From IMG/VR virus record IMGVR_UViG_3300042559_000579, positions 1 to 53,818 of that record: a stretch of DNA of 53,818 nucleotides. The stretch is one strand, 5' to 3'. Within the stretch, counting starts at the first letter, position 1; each line of letters starts with the position of its first letter. Positions 18,133-28,176 of this stretch are shown here, in pieces. Source of the DNA: a virus. Lineage: Duplodnaviria > Caudoviricetes. A program made the position numbers and the translations under genes. Below the pieces are notes generated by a model. That model was not told the DNA's origin. It worked only from the letters and a program-made list of their open reading frames with translations, and ran no database searches.

Positions 18133-21100
18133 TCACAGGAACATGAAGAAGTTTGCCGAAGAAGGGGCGTTAACAAACAACCACCCAAAAGATGATGTGC
18201 CTGTAGAACTTGGGCCGGCGTACCAAGAATTTGATGGATAAGCGCTATTGCCAACTATATTAAGGTAATCAACATTGGCGGCAATACCAGCATCCATCTT
18301 CACCAAAGACCCACCAGATACGGTGAGCAAGTTCCCGGCATAACCCCTGGCCGTCCAACTTCCAAGTATGTACTGCGTCGTCCCGGACATAGATATTGTG
18401 TTTGCGACCAAAACGGAGCTTTGCATGTTTTTGAATTTGTTGTCGCCGGTAATTGACAACTGGCCAACTCCAGCCTGCTCTATGGACACATCGCCATAAA
18501 ACACCCCTCCGCCGGCAAATGTTTTAGGAGACGAACTGGTCATCCTAATAACGCCATCGCCAGAAACAAAACACTGATCTACCACACTCCAAGACGACCC
18601 GATACTCCACGCCCCAGAGCCAACTGCAATAGTTTTCGGCGCTGAAGAAGTCGCTGTAAATGACTCAGACAACAATACGTCGTTGCCATTTGCGTCTATC
18701 GTTACATCAGACGACGTAAGGCTAATTTGCTTGCCGGAAAAATTGTCTTGCAAAACGACGTATGTGTATGGGGCGGCTACTTTGATGATTTGCGGGAAGG
18801 TCTTGCCTGCGCTTGTTATCTGCTGCACAGACCTTCCGGCAAAACTAATACCATAGCCCGCAAAAAATTCTGCAACAGTTGACCCGGAGCCGTTTGTCCA
18901 ATTGCCGTAAACAAAAAGGTCAGAAGTACCGACAGTCCGAAGTGTCATTGTATTCGACGTTCTCCCAGACATATCAATTGAGCCGACCTGATAGCCCGTC
19001 TGCACATTAACAGTTGCCCCAGAATTTAGCCCAACTGACTCAAAAATGCATGTGTCTTGAGCAAGAGGAAAATTATTGAGCGCCGGAACCCCGCCACTTG
19101 ACGTCGCCCAAGCATTTGAATACCACTCGCCTCCCGCCGGAAGGTTCCAATACTTGTTTGCTGGCGGAGTAAATATGATGCCAACGTTTCCTTTGCAGTC
19201 GCCAATTCGAGACCCAGAAATAGGGGATGCAGCGCCATCTACAAAAATATCCCTAAAGTCAACATCGGCAATTGATGCGGCGGAGCATGTGATTGTTCGC
19301 GCTTGACCAATTTGGTCAGACGCAATCAACCTTCTTGCCGTCGCGTTTGAGCCAGCCTGACACAAAAGTGTTCCGGAGACGATTTGATTTGCAAAAATTG
19401 ACACCGCGCGCACGATCGTGCTGCTATGAGATTCAAAAATCAAATTATAGAAAGCATTGGCGCCCCTTATATCAAGAGACCCGCCCGCTGCGGAAGTGAC
19501 TATTACTTGATAAAAAGTTTTTCCGTTTCCACGGAACGTGGATGTTGTTCCAAAATATGCCCCCGACAGATAAATTTGCGAAGTTCCGGCGACGACTGTT
19601 AAATCTGCCGCCGAATTTTCCGAGTCGCCAAAAAGCAAACGGCCGCCGCTCAAGGTCGTAATGGCGGACCCAAAATCTATTGACCTAGACCCAATGTATT
19701 CGCTAACCAGATCTTGGCATGTGAGAGAGTTTGCGCCGCAAGAAATTGCGCCTCTACGCACATAAAGCGCGCGTTTTGTGTACAGACCGCTCCCAAGAGA
19801 CCACCCGCAATTTATCCCATCAACAAAAATTTCGCTATCAAACTGCCGCACGTTAGTAGAAATAGTCTTGCCGGAAGTAGAGCCGGACAACACAATATAG
19901 CCATTGTAAGTTATCGCGCCGGCAGACACGGGGAGAGTAAAGTCGCCATGAAGAATAAGATAGGAACCAGCCCCGGCCAAAGCGACGCCAGAATATAGAG
20001 TCAGCTTGTTGCACCTACTTGTGGTGTTTATTGTTAATGTGTAAGACGCAGGACCCGAATTCGCATCGAACACAACGTCGTCGAGGCTTGTTGGGATTGG
20101 CGCCCCACCAGGGCCGCCAGAAGACGTTGACCACCTAGACGTATTACTCCAGTTTCCAGTTCCACCAACCCAATAAAGAGTTCGAGGAGAAGGCGCGGCA
20201 GTGCGGAACACTGGAGCGCCAGCAGTTCCAGTGCTATTTGCGCCGGCGTAAAACTCTCCCGGAGAGCTTGACAACAGGCCAACAGATCCCATGTTCAAAT
20301 AATCAACACCTGACACAGCAGATCCGGAAATTGAATGGACGCCAACGCCAGTCAAGGACACAATGTTTCCCAAAGACCCGGAAACAGACCACTTGCCAAA
20401 AGTCTGGTAACCATCAAAATTGATCACATGAGCAACTGTTTTTGTGGAATCAATCTCCGCAAACGTATTTGAATCTTGAATTGTCAAGGTGCTTGATGCC
20501 GAAGCGCCGCCTATGGTTAATTTATTGTACGAAAAATTGGCGCCAACAAAAACTCTGCTGGACGTTGTATTATTGGACAAAAGAATGTTTGCGGAGTTTT
20601 TGTAAAAATTCAAATTTGTATTAGCCAAGTACCAACAAGTTCCGGAGCCTGTGATATTCCACAAGCCAGATCCCATTTTTAGGGTTCTATTGTAAATAGT
20701 ATTGAACGCCAAAACAGTTTCTACGGTCACATTGTAAGTGACCGCATCAAAAGTCCCGAGTTTAAGATACAACGACGATGCATTTAGGTTATCGCCAAGA
20801 GTAACAACTGCGCCTTCGCCTTCAATAACAATCTGCGGAAGAAGTTTTCCAGCAGTGACAATAACTCCTGTTCCGGCAATAACTATATTGCCAGATGTCC
20901 ATGTAAACGTCATTCCTGAAGAAAATGTGACGCTTCCATATATGTAAATGGAGGACGCTCCTAACATGGTCCCAGAAAATCCGGCGCAATTTAATGACTT
21001 GGCGCCAGTGTTCCCAAACGCAATTGTCACAGTTCCAGTTGAGTTGACGTCGAAAAACACATCATCATCACTGGTGGGCACGCTGGCGCCGCCCGCGCCC

Positions 21101-21177
21101 CCAGACGTGGTAGCCCACTTGGTGCCAGCAGTGCCGTCCCAAGATGCAGTCCCGCCAACCCAGTACCTATCGGCCAT
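18133..21177 (-). CDS. large tail fibre / receptor-binding protein (AT-richer, internally triplicated)
   Basis: 1014-aa Gly/Ser/Thr beta-rich; YWVGGT..W...SGG..P...DDV.FD motif x3; clearly lower GC than flanks. Confidence 0.7.
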   Translation of the reverse strand: MADRYWVGGTASWDGTAGTKWATTSGGAGGASVPTSDDDVFFDVNSTGTVTIAFGNTGAKSLNCAGFSGTMLGASSIYIYGSVTFSSGMTFTWTSGNIVIAGTGVIVTAGKLLPQIVIEGEGAVVTLGDNLNASSLYLKLGTFDAVTYNVTVETVLAFNTIYNRTLKMGSGLWNITGSGTCWYLANTNLNFYKNSANILLSNNTTSSRVFVGANFSYNKLTIGGASASSTLTIQDSNTFAEIDSTKTVAHVINFDGYQTFGKWSVSGSLGNIVSLTGVGVHSISGSAVSGVDYLNMGSVGLLSSSPGEFYAGANSTGTAGAPVFRTAAPSPRTLYWVGGTGNWSNTSRWSTSSGGPGGAPIPTSLDDVVFDANSGPASYTLTINTTSRCNKLTLYSGVALAGAGSYLILHGDFTLPVSAGAITYNGYIVLSGSTSGKTISTNVRQFDSEIFVDGINCGWSLGSGLYTKRALYVRRGAISCGANSLTCQDLVSEYIGSRSIDFGSAITTLSGGRLLFGDSENSAADLTVVAGTSQIYLSGAYFGTTSTFRGNGKTFYQVIVTSAAGGSLDIRGANAFYNLIFESHSSTIVRAVSIFANQIVSGTLLCQAGSNATARRLIASDQIGQARTITCSAASIADVDFRDIFVDGAASPISGSRIGDCKGNVGIIFTPPANKYWNLPAGGEWYSNAWATSSGGVPALNNFPLAQDTCIFESVGLNSGATVNVQTGYQVGSIDMSGRTSNTMTLRTVGTSDLFVYGNWTNGSGSTVAEFFAGYGISFAGRSVQQITSAGKTFPQIIKVAAPYTYVVLQDNFSGKQISLTSSDVTIDANGNDVLLSESFTATSSAPKTIAVGSGAWSIGSSWSVVDQCFVSGDGVIRMTSSSPKTFAGGGVFYGDVSIEQAGVGQLSITGDNKFKNMQSSVLVANTISMSGTTQYILGSWTARGYAGNLLTVSGGSLVKMDAGIAANVDYLNIVGNSAYPSNSWYAGPSSTGTSSFGWLFVNAPSSANFFMFL

Positions 21178-21191
21178 TCTTCAATCTCCGG

Positions 21192-22064
21192 TCAAGTTTG
21201 CGTGGTAACAGCCACAACGTCCCAGCGCAAAGTGGAGGCGTTATAGATGGCGCCGACATATGTTGTTTTGTTGGCAGACGTACTGCTGGGAAGCAAAACA
21301 CCTATCTCTTGAAATCCGTTTGAGACACCCGTGGCCCAAGTGATCGTCCGCGCAGTTCCGTTGTCCTTGAGCCTGAAAATAATCTTTTGGCCGTCCGTCG
21401 GGGCGCCGGAGTCTGCGTTGATGGTCAGCGACGAAGCCTGAGCCGTGGCAGCGTACTGATCGAAGTTGTTGCTGTTCCACGCCAGAGGCGATGTGATGCT
21501 TGCGACCGAACTGACACGGGACGTCATCCGCTTGTTGGTCAACGTCTGAGTCGCCGTCAGGGTGACCACCGTGTCGCTTGCGCCTGGGAACGCGAACGAC
21601 GTGCCGTCGGTGCCGGTGAACGTGAGGGTGTTGCTGAAGGTCAGCGTCTTGCCGTCACCCAGCGTCAGCGTGGCGCCCGTCAAGGGCTGCGTGATGGTAA
21701 TCCCGTTGACCGTCGTGGCCGTTAGGGTGGTGAACGCGCCTGTGTCGGGCGAAACGCCCCCTATAGGCCCTGAGAAGCCCGTAGACGTCAGGATGGACCC
21801 GTTCCACGTCAGATTCGCAGAACCGCCCAAAACGCCGTTGTTGTTGAACTGGACCTGGGTGTTCAAGCCGCCGATCGAGCCCGTGCCGGCAGTCGCCAAG
21901 ACCTTGACGACGCCGAGGTGGTCCTTGTAGAACAGCTTGCCGTCAGCCGCGTTGACAGCCAACTCAACGCCGTTGGCGCCCGTGGCGAGGTCAGCAGCAA
22001 GCGGCGTGTTGCCCGGCGTCGTCGACCCGTAGATCAGGATCGGCGTGAATCCACTCTGTGCCAT
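21192..22064 (-). CDS. tail fibre protein
   Basis: GELAVN.ADGKLFYKD head motif, GGLNTQVQFNNNGVLGGS repeat, Thr-rich shaft. Confidence 0.7.
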   Translation of the reverse strand: MAQSGFTPILIYGSTTPGNTPLAADLATGANGVELAVNAADGKLFYKDHLGVVKVLATAGTGSIGGLNTQVQFNNNGVLGGSANLTWNGSILTSTGFSGPIGGVSPDTGAFTTLTATTVNGITITQPLTGATLTLGDGKTLTFSNTLTFTGTDGTSFAFPGASDTVVTLTATQTLTNKRMTSRVSSVASITSPLAWNSNNFDQYAATAQASSLTINADSGAPTDGQKIIFRLKDNGTARTITWATGVSNGFQEIGVLLPSSTSANKTTYVGAIYNASTLRWDVVAVTTQT

Positions 22065-22100
22065 GTCAGTCCTTCGGTATGAGCCTCCTCGGCCGCAACG

Positions 22101-22331
22101 TCAGTCTGTCAGGCTGACATCAGGGCGCGGGAACCTGATTGTGATCCTCTCGGTCTTCCGAGCCGGCAGCCGGTACGGATCCTTCTCGTCTGCACACCCC
22201 TGGCCGCACACCTGCAGTCCAGGGAAATTGGGGTCCGGCCGCAACTCGGCGTGAGCACGCTTCATCTTGCACCGGTCGCACACCGCTATGGCGATGTCCG
22301 ATAGGCCTCTGGTGTCAAGGAACACGGGCAT
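22101..22331 (-). CDS. small Cys-rich protein (CDRC..C...C, RFPRPD)
   Basis: 76-aa ORF with CxxC and CxxxC; next to adaptor. Confidence 0.7.
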   Translation of the reverse strand: MPVFLDTRGLSDIAIAVCDRCKMKRAHAELRPDPNFPGLQVCGQGCADEKDPYRLPARKTERITIRFPRPDVSLTD

Positions 22332-22334
22332 GCA

Positions 22335-23408
22335 TCACCTCGTGTAGCAAGCGATCGACGGCGCGAAGTAGATCGGCGACTTGTCGCGCTCCTCCTGCTC
22401 CGCCAGGGTCAAATACTTCTCAGCCTGCTGCTCCAGGTACTGAATCCTCGCCATGTCGACGCCAGGGAGCTCCATGGCCATCTGGTGCGCCAGCATGTTC
22501 TGCACCGCCAGATACCAGCGCTGCGGGATCTCAAGTTCGCCAGACAGTTGGCCCACGTCCATGATCTGGCGCGAGTACCAGAGCGTCATCTGCACGAAAG
22601 TGTCAGACGGCACCGGCCACAGGTACAGCTTCGCCTGGGGGATCGTGCGGTTGACCCAGAACTGAAACGGCTGGTTGGCCGTGAAGTTCTTGTTCGGCAG
22701 GTTCGTGTAGTCGTCCCGATTCAGCCGGGCCATCGTGATCTCGGTCGAGTTGTTGCCGAGATAGAACTCCCGCAGAGACAGCGTCGACCCGTTCCTGGCG
22801 CGGATCCGGTAGAACTGCACATCCTGGCCCGGGTCGATGTCGTACCACAGCCACTCGCCGTCCACCCAAGGCTGCACGCCAGGGTCGTACAGCGTGCTCC
22901 ACGTCAGGCCGTCAGGCGACCCTTCGAAGACGCAGTCGATGTCAGCCGACACCCCAGGCATCACGCCAATCGAGCCGATGTAGACCGGGTTGCCGTTGCC
23001 GTAGTTGACGGTGATGCTGCCGTTGGCGCTCGTCTGAGTGCAGACCGTGTCGATGTTGTTGTCGAACGCGAACGCCACGACGCCACCGGCGCTGGAGGTG
23101 TATCCGCCAGTGCTGTTGGGCGTCGGCCTGCTCATGCGCCGATACAGCGCCTGCAAGACGTCTACGCCGCCCACAGGCAGGTCGTAGATGTACTGGTTGG
23201 CGTTCAGGCCGATGACCTTCTTGCCGATCGCCCAATACTGGATCCCGATGTTGATCAGGTTCGACAGCAGGTAGAACAGCATCGTGCGCGACGCCTGCAC
23301 CTGCTCCGAGGTCAACTCCTCGGCCAGCTTGCCGCAGCGACGTGCGCCGTGGTCGATCAGCTTCTGGACCGATACGAGAGTCGTGCCAACAGTGCCTGAG
23401 TACGCCAT
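22335..23408 (-). CDS. head completion/adaptor protein with inserted discoidin (F5/8 type C)-like domain
   Basis: Adaptor-like ends (RDDY..LPNK..QP.QFW, LWPVP, IPQRWY); central AFDNN..T, FEGS.DG.TW, FYRIR motifs. Confidence 0.65.
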   Translation of the reverse strand: MAYSGTVGTTLVSVQKLIDHGARRCGKLAEELTSEQVQASRTMLFYLLSNLINIGIQYWAIGKKVIGLNANQYIYDLPVGGVDVLQALYRRMSRPTPNSTGGYTSSAGGVVAFAFDNNIDTVCTQTSANGSITVNYGNGNPVYIGSIGVMPGVSADIDCVFEGSPDGLTWSTLYDPGVQPWVDGEWLWYDIDPGQDVQFYRIRARNGSTLSLREFYLGNNSTEITMARLNRDDYTNLPNKNFTANQPFQFWVNRTIPQAKLYLWPVPSDTFVQMTLWYSRQIMDVGQLSGELEIPQRWYLAVQNMLAHQMAMELPGVDMARIQYLEQQAEKYLTLAEQEERDKSPIYFAPSIACYTR

Positions 23409-23656
23409 CACCACCCCGGACAGTTCCAGCGCTTCATGGACGCACGAGACCGGCTTCCAGGCTCGCTCTTGCGGGCCACCGGGCCCATACGGGCGCAGAA
23501 TGAATCACGCCGCGGCCCACCCTCGGGCTGCGGAGCCTTGAGGTTCGACCCGGTCTCGCGGTTGTACTTCTCCCGGCCCTTCGCGGTCAAGCCCGCTCCG
23601 CGCTCAGCCGAGAGCTTCTCACCACGCCCAATGGCTAGACTGACGTTCTTGGCCAT
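23408..23656 (-). CDS. basic DUF6321-like protein
   Basis: GLTAKGR.KYNRETGSNLKAP, RRDSFCARM, RWNC motifs. Confidence 0.7.
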   Translation of the reverse strand: MAKNVSLAIGRGEKLSAERGAGLTAKGREKYNRETGSNLKAPQPEGGPRRDSFCARMGPVARKSEPGSRSRASMKRWNCPGW

Positions 23657-23659
23657 GGC

Positions 23660-23842
23660 TCACCAGCACGCCCCGCCGCCGGCCTTCTTGGCCTCCGGCA
23701 GCTTCTTGTACGCCCGCCCCCTCACGTTCCCAGACGTGAACTCGGCGGCCACGCTCGGCTTGATGCCGACCTTCTTGGCCACCTTGGGATCGTTCTCGGC
23801 CGCCTTCATCAGACGGAACTGAGCTTTGGACTTGGCAGGCAT
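23660..23842 (-). CDS. small basic protein (MPAKSKAQFRLM..AKKVGI...VA.EF)
   Basis: 60-aa ORF; ends KKAGGGACW. Confidence 0.75.
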   Translation of the reverse strand: MPAKSKAQFRLMKAAENDPKVAKKVGIKPSVAAEFTSGNVRGRAYKKLPEAKKAGGGACW

Positions 23843-24393
23843 CAGTCAGCCTTCAGGAGAATGATGGCCATGTTTCCGTCGCTGACGGTGATGGCTGTCC
23901 CGCCAGTGGCGCAGGCCGCCTGCACGATCAGGACATCGCCGGCCTCCGCGTGGACGAACGCAGACACAGCGATGAACATCGGGTCCGTTGAGTGCGAGTG
24001 CGACTTCACCAGCGTGTTGGGGTACGCGGTGGCCGTCGTCTCGTTGTAGCACCTGAACGAGAACGTCTTGTTGTTCGAATTGCTGAAGGTGATGAAGAAC
24101 TGGATCAGGTAGTCGCCAGCGACGTCCACTTGAACCCCATCACTGGCCGCAAGCGGCGTCATGTTGTTCGACAGGCCGTCAGTCGTGAACGCCGTCACCT
24201 TGTAGAAGGTGTTGGCCGTCGTCAGAGTCTGCGCCACGGCGCCGTCGGCAACGTAGATCTCCCCGTAGGTCGCGGCAGTGACCTGGAGAACCGAAGCCTT
24301 CTTGTTCAGCCCACCCTGGACGATTGGGACAACCTCATCGCCCGCCAAAGGCACGGCGGCCGTCCCCATCGCACTGATCTTGGTGTTTGCCAT
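23842..24393 (-). CDS. structural protein, possible C1q/TNF-like beta sandwich
   Basis: MANTKISAM N-terminus typical of fibre/decoration proteins; AGDYLI and GDVLIV strands. Confidence 0.55.
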   Translation of the reverse strand: MANTKISAMGTAAVPLAGDEVVPIVQGGLNKKASVLQVTAATYGEIYVADGAVAQTLTTANTFYKVTAFTTDGLSNNMTPLAASDGVQVDVAGDYLIQFFITFSNSNNKTFSFRCYNETTATAYPNTLVKSHSHSTDPMFIAVSAFVHAEAGDVLIVQAACATGGTAITVSDGNMAIILLKAD

Positions 24394-24617
24394 CAGGAGA
24401 TCTCCAGCAAGACGCCGCCTGTCGTTTCCATCAGCACATGACCGCTGTCGTCCTCAAGCTCGATGAAGTACGTCGGCGGAAGAATGCCGCCCTGCACAAT
24501 CACCTCGCTGCCGCCAACAGCATTCCCCCACCCGCTGGCCGCGTTGGCCTGCACGCCCAAAGCCGTGCCAGGGTAGGTGTTGGCGAAGTCAGCGACGCCT
24601 GAGAACCCGACGCTCAT
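24393..24617 (-). CDS. hypothetical virion protein
   Basis: 74-aa ORF, translationally coupled; IELED.SG.VLME motif. Confidence 0.65.
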   Translation of the reverse strand: MSVGFSGVADFANTYPGTALGVQANAASGWGNAVGGSEVIVQGGILPPTYFIELEDDSGHVLMETTGGVLLEIS

Positions 24618-24919
24618 ACGATGCCGGCTTGAATCAGCTTCAGCGTAGCAGAACCACCGCCAGAGTTCACGGTCAGGCGGATGCCCGACACCGGGAAGGC
24701 GTAGTTGCCGTCAGCGTCAGCGATCTGCTCCGCGATCGTCGGGTGCGGGAACCACGTCGTGAACCCGACACCAGGGTCGTCGAACGTGTGCTCCACCGTG
24801 TAGTCAACCACCCCGTCTACGATGACGCCGAAGCCCACGTTGAACGGGTTGGTGTTGGTGTTCATGACCAGCGCCGCAGTCGAACCCGCGCCAGTCCTTG
24901 AGACGGTCTGAACCTTCAT
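24614..24919 (-). CDS. hypothetical virion protein
   Basis: 101-aa beta-rich ORF (YTVEHTFDD, GNYAFPV..IRL). Confidence 0.75.
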   Translation of the reverse strand: MKVQTVSRTGAGSTAALVMNTNTNPFNVGFGVIVDGVVDYTVEHTFDDPGVGFTTWFPHPTIAEQIADADGNYAFPVSGIRLTVNSGGGSATLKLIQAGIV

Positions 24920-24939
24920 GTTCTTGCCTCATGCAGGAC

Positions 24940-24955
24940 GGGGGCCGAAGCCCCC
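24940..24955 (-). terminator. GGGGGC-TTCG-GCCCCC hairpin (no U-tract)
   Basis: Perfect 6-bp stem with cUUCGg loop directly after the 24962 stop. Confidence 0.55.
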
Positions 24956-24961
24956 GCCAGT

Positions 24962-25936
24962 TCAACAGGCCCCGCCGCGCTTCTTCGGCACAGGCTCCAC
25001 CGTGACAGCCTTCTCCGTCTTGGTGACAGATCCAGGCGCCTTGTCGCGGTTGAACATGCGCTTCACCGCACTCGGGATCCCCGAGAGCATATCGCTGATC
25101 GACGGCTCGCCGCGCTTCTGCTGCTCCTCAAAGGCCTTGTAAGCCTTCTCGTTCTCAGCCTGCTGAAGCATCGACTTGGCCTCCTTCGGGATGGCCATCG
25201 ACTTGATCTGGTCGTAGGCATCCACCTTCCCGCCGTCCTTGAACGTGCCGGACAGCCGGTCGATGCTCACCGGCTTGGAAGGAGACTTGCGGCCTTGCGG
25301 CATCGCCACGGGCGCACCAGAGTCAACACGACCCCCCGTGGCGTAGGCTTTTTTTGCGGCACCACCCGTCTTGTAGCCGCCGCCGTTCGCCTTGGCCACG
25401 CCACCGGTGGCGTACCCGCCGCCGTTGCCCAGCTTCACGCCGCCGGTCTTGGCAGGCGAGTTGTCGGGCGTGGCCGTGTCCACCTTCGTGGTACGCACGG
25501 AACCGCCCGTAGCGTAGCCGCCCTGGGCATTGGCCACACCACCCGTCTTCAGGCCCTTGTGGGCCTTGCTGGCGGGCTTGGCGGCGTGAGCAGACATCTT
25601 GTCGCCCAGGCCCTTGATGGCCTTCATCTCGGCCTTGTGGGCCGATTTGGACTCGCCACCCTCGGCCATCATGCGGCCAGCACGCCCCACAGGGCCCGCA
25701 GGAGCCGCCGCAGCGGGCAGAGCCTGCATCGCCCTACGGCGAGCCGCCAGAGACGGCTTGGCGGGGCTCATGGCGGCCATGGAGCCACCGCGAGCCGGCA
25801 TGCCCGGCATGGCCGCTGCAGGACGCATCGGGGCAGCGCCGCCCATCTGCATCTTGACCTCGCCGCCCTTCTTGAGCTTGAGCTCGACGGATGGCTCCGT
25901 CGTCTCCATCTTCACCATCGGCTTGAATTGGCCCAT
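24962..25936 (-). CDS. basic low-complexity protein with ~10 xxxGGxV repeats (putative internal head protein)
   Basis: LKKGGEV, MQMGGAA, MAEGGES, LKTGGVA, YATGGSV, YATGGVA, YKTGGAA, YATGGRV, FKDGGKV, KKRGGAC. Confidence 0.75.
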   Translation of the reverse strand: MGQFKPMVKMETTEPSVELKLKKGGEVKMQMGGAAPMRPAAAMPGMPARGGSMAAMSPAKPSLAARRRAMQALPAAAAPAGPVGRAGRMMAEGGESKSAHKAEMKAIKGLGDKMSAHAAKPASKAHKGLKTGGVANAQGGYATGGSVRTTKVDTATPDNSPAKTGGVKLGNGGGYATGGVAKANGGGYKTGGAAKKAYATGGRVDSGAPVAMPQGRKSPSKPVSIDRLSGTFKDGGKVDAYDQIKSMAIPKEAKSMLQQAENEKAYKAFEEQQKRGEPSISDMLSGIPSAVKRMFNRDKAPGSVTKTEKAVTVEPVPKKRGGAC

Positions 25937-25938
25937 GT

Positions 25939-26568
25939 TCAGCGCTCCTTCACAGCGAGGAAGTAGTCAACGCTCAGCGTGGCCGCGCCTGGAATTGCAA
26001 TCACCCCAAGCAAGGGGGGCACGGCCGAAGGCGGAAGGGTGCCGGAGGCAACAGTCACAAACTGACCGTTGACAAACACACGAACAACGCCTGACTCGTC
26101 CACAGATGCACCGAGGACGATATAGGTGTCGTCCTCAAGCGGAAGGCTGAGCGAATTCAATGTCGTGCCAACGTAGAACCCGAGGGCGGGCACCGGGCTC
26201 TTGACAAACGCGAAAATTGAAGACTGAGTCGCAATGCTGCCGAAGCCAACAATGAACCCTTGGTCGACATCGTTGAGCTTGAGGCGACACTCCATCCAGA
26301 GCCTCTTGCCGGCCTCAAACTGGAAAGACTTGCCGACCTTTGAAATGGAGGACGTTCCGCCACCGCTATTGGCAATGTCAAGAACTCCGCCGTCCGCGTC
26401 AGCCAGACTTGCGTCCGACGCTTGGTCGCTCCAGTCCGCCTCGGTGTAGTAGTCGAAGTCCTCCCAGTAGGTGTGGTACTGGGTTGGGCTCAACTGCCGA
26501 AGGTCGGCGAACATGGAGACTTCGCTGACGTTGGTGACGCCATCGGGGAATCGAGTGGTACTCGACAT
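25939..26568 (-). CDS. putative capsid decoration / lectin-like structural protein
   Basis: Strong SD (AAGGAG); follows capsid gene; beta-rich. Confidence 0.6.
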   Translation of the reverse strand: MSSTTRFPDGVTNVSEVSMFADLRQLSPTQYHTYWEDFDYYTEADWSDQASDASLADADGGVLDIANSGGGTSSISKVGKSFQFEAGKRLWMECRLKLNDVDQGFIVGFGSIATQSSIFAFVKSPVPALGFYVGTTLNSLSLPLEDDTYIVLGASVDESGVVRVFVNGQFVTVASGTLPPSAVPPLLGVIAIPGAATLSVDYFLAVKER

Positions 26569-26589
26569 CAGATTCTCCTTGAAGAGATC

Positions 26590-26605
26590 GGGGGCCGAAG
26601 CCCCC
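26590..26605 (-). terminator. GGGGGC-TTCG-GCCCCC hairpin downstream of the major capsid gene
   Basis: Identical to the hairpins at 24940 and 50387. Confidence 0.55.
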
Positions 26606-26622
26606 TTGGTCTCAGGTTGACG

Positions 26623-27537
26623 TCAGACGCCCGGCGTGCCGTACATCGCCCGCGGGTCGGTGAAGCCGACGTCGTACCGCTCGGTGGCCTTGTAGCGCAT
26701 CGAATCGGTCTCGAAATCGCCTTCCATGGTCTTCTCCAGCTTCCGGCGCATCAGGAGCTTCATGCCCTCCGGCGCGTCGGTCTGAACCCACCATGCGGTC
26801 GCCGAGGTCAGACGCGACAGAACCGCCGCGCCCTCGTCCAGCAGACCGATCGACTTGATCGGGTTGATGTCGTTGTTGGCGTTGCCAGAGCGCAGCACGC
26901 TCTTCAGCAGCACCTCAGCCTGGAAGACGTTGCCCGGGGCCACCACCAGTTGGCGGGGCACCAGACGGATCTTCTTGCCGTTGTTGTCCACCGCCTGACG
27001 GATCTGGATCAGCATCTGCTCCAGCGACGTCTGCGAGAGGTTCGCGGCCGTCGTGAGCAGGTTGCTGAACGTCCCGTTGACGATGGGATGGGCGTTGCTG
27101 TTCAGCGCCACGCCGTCGCCGCCAGGGTAGGACGAGTTGAAGGCGCGGTTCAGCACGTTGGCCGACAGCGTCTCCTTCGTCTCGATCAGGCTCTGCGCGA
27201 GGTGACGCGCATACACCTGCCCGATGCGGATGTGGTCGCCGTCCTCAACGAGCACCTTGGTCAGCGCGAACGCCAGACCGTACACGTTGTAGACGTAGCG
27301 CTTCAGGAACAGCACACCGCCCTGCTGGTACGACACAGGCATGCCGTCCGGCAGTTGCGGCGCCGCGCCGAACCCGTAGAGCACGGGCTCTTCGTGGTAG
27401 TTGCGCGGGATGCCCTGCTGTTCGCGGAAGACCCGCGACCACTCGTCGGTGCGCTGGTCATAGACGCCATCGAAGCATTCGTTCAGGATCGGTTCGACGA
27501 TTGAACGAAAGTCGGTACTTCTCATCGGAGCTGCCAT
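26623..27537 (-). CDS. major capsid protein (Mu gpT-like, HK97 fold)
   Basis: 304 aa; P..LVVAPG..F.A..LL.S, W......P.G.K...R, DFETDSMRYKATERY..G.TDPR; follows scaffold; strong SD GGAGG. Confidence 0.88.
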   Translation of the reverse strand: MAAPMRSTDFRSIVEPILNECFDGVYDQRTDEWSRVFREQQGIPRNYHEEPVLYGFGAAPQLPDGMPVSYQQGGVLFLKRYVYNVYGLAFALTKVLVEDGDHIRIGQVYARHLAQSLIETKETLSANVLNRAFNSSYPGGDGVALNSNAHPIVNGTFSNLLTTAANLSQTSLEQMLIQIRQAVDNNGKKIRLVPRQLVVAPGNVFQAEVLLKSVLRSGNANNDINPIKSIGLLDEGAAVLSRLTSATAWWVQTDAPEGMKLLMRRKLEKTMEGDFETDSMRYKATERYDVGFTDPRAMYGTPGV

Positions 27538-27555
27538 GATTTAGCCCTCCTGGCT

Positions 27556-28161
27556 TCAGTTGGTAGCACTGTTGTACTTGTAACCCGGGAACGAAAGCGT
27601 TCCACGGACGATCGGGTACTGATCGTCGATAGCATTGTCCGGGTACGGAGCAATGTACCTGACGAAGAAGCCGCCGGCCTGACCAAACGCTGGCGCCGTG
27701 TTGTCCAGGGAGCAGGTGGACAGTCCAGTACCCGGGGATCCCGCCAACTTGTCCGCAAAGTTGTATTGCTTGACAAGATTGCCAGATGCGATGGGGCCAT
27801 TCATCTGGATCTCATAGATGATGTTGGGATCATCGTAGGCGTACACCACCACAGAGCCCACCACGAACTGCTGACCACCCGGCCAATAGTTGGACACGCG
27901 GCGTCGACCAGTGCTGTCGGTCCACTCGACACCAGCAAAGGCGCCGACGTTGGGGCCCGTCCCATCAGCCGGGAGGATATAGCCGTACCCATCAACCGTG
28001 ACAGGCTGGCCCTTGTAGATGTTTTCCGGGTATCCGGTGGCGACGTTGTCGACGACCGACTCGGTATCGTAGAGAATCCCGTTGAAGTATGCGCTCGCGC
28101 GGTCCAGCCCACTCGGGTGGTACACAGGGCGCATGCCGAACGGAGCAAACGTAGCAGACAT
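27556..28161 (-). CDS. putative head decoration / minor capsid protein
   Basis: APFGMRPV, GAFAGVEWTD, YDDP...YEIQ motifs; immediately upstream of MCP. Confidence 0.65.
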   Translation of the reverse strand: MSATFAPFGMRPVYHPSGLDRASAYFNGILYDTESVVDNVATGYPENIYKGQPVTVDGYGYILPADGTGPNVGAFAGVEWTDSTGRRRVSNYWPGGQQFVVGSVVVYAYDDPNIIYEIQMNGPIASGNLVKQYNFADKLAGSPGTGLSTCSLDNTAPAFGQAGGFFVRYIAPYPDNAIDDQYPIVRGTLSFPGYKYNSATN

Positions 28162-28176
28162 TTGTCACTCCTTGTC

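Noticed and set aside
26612-26794. Capsid frameshift or read-through extension
   Set aside because: No slippery site; MCP stop is followed by a hairpin and a separately initiated gene
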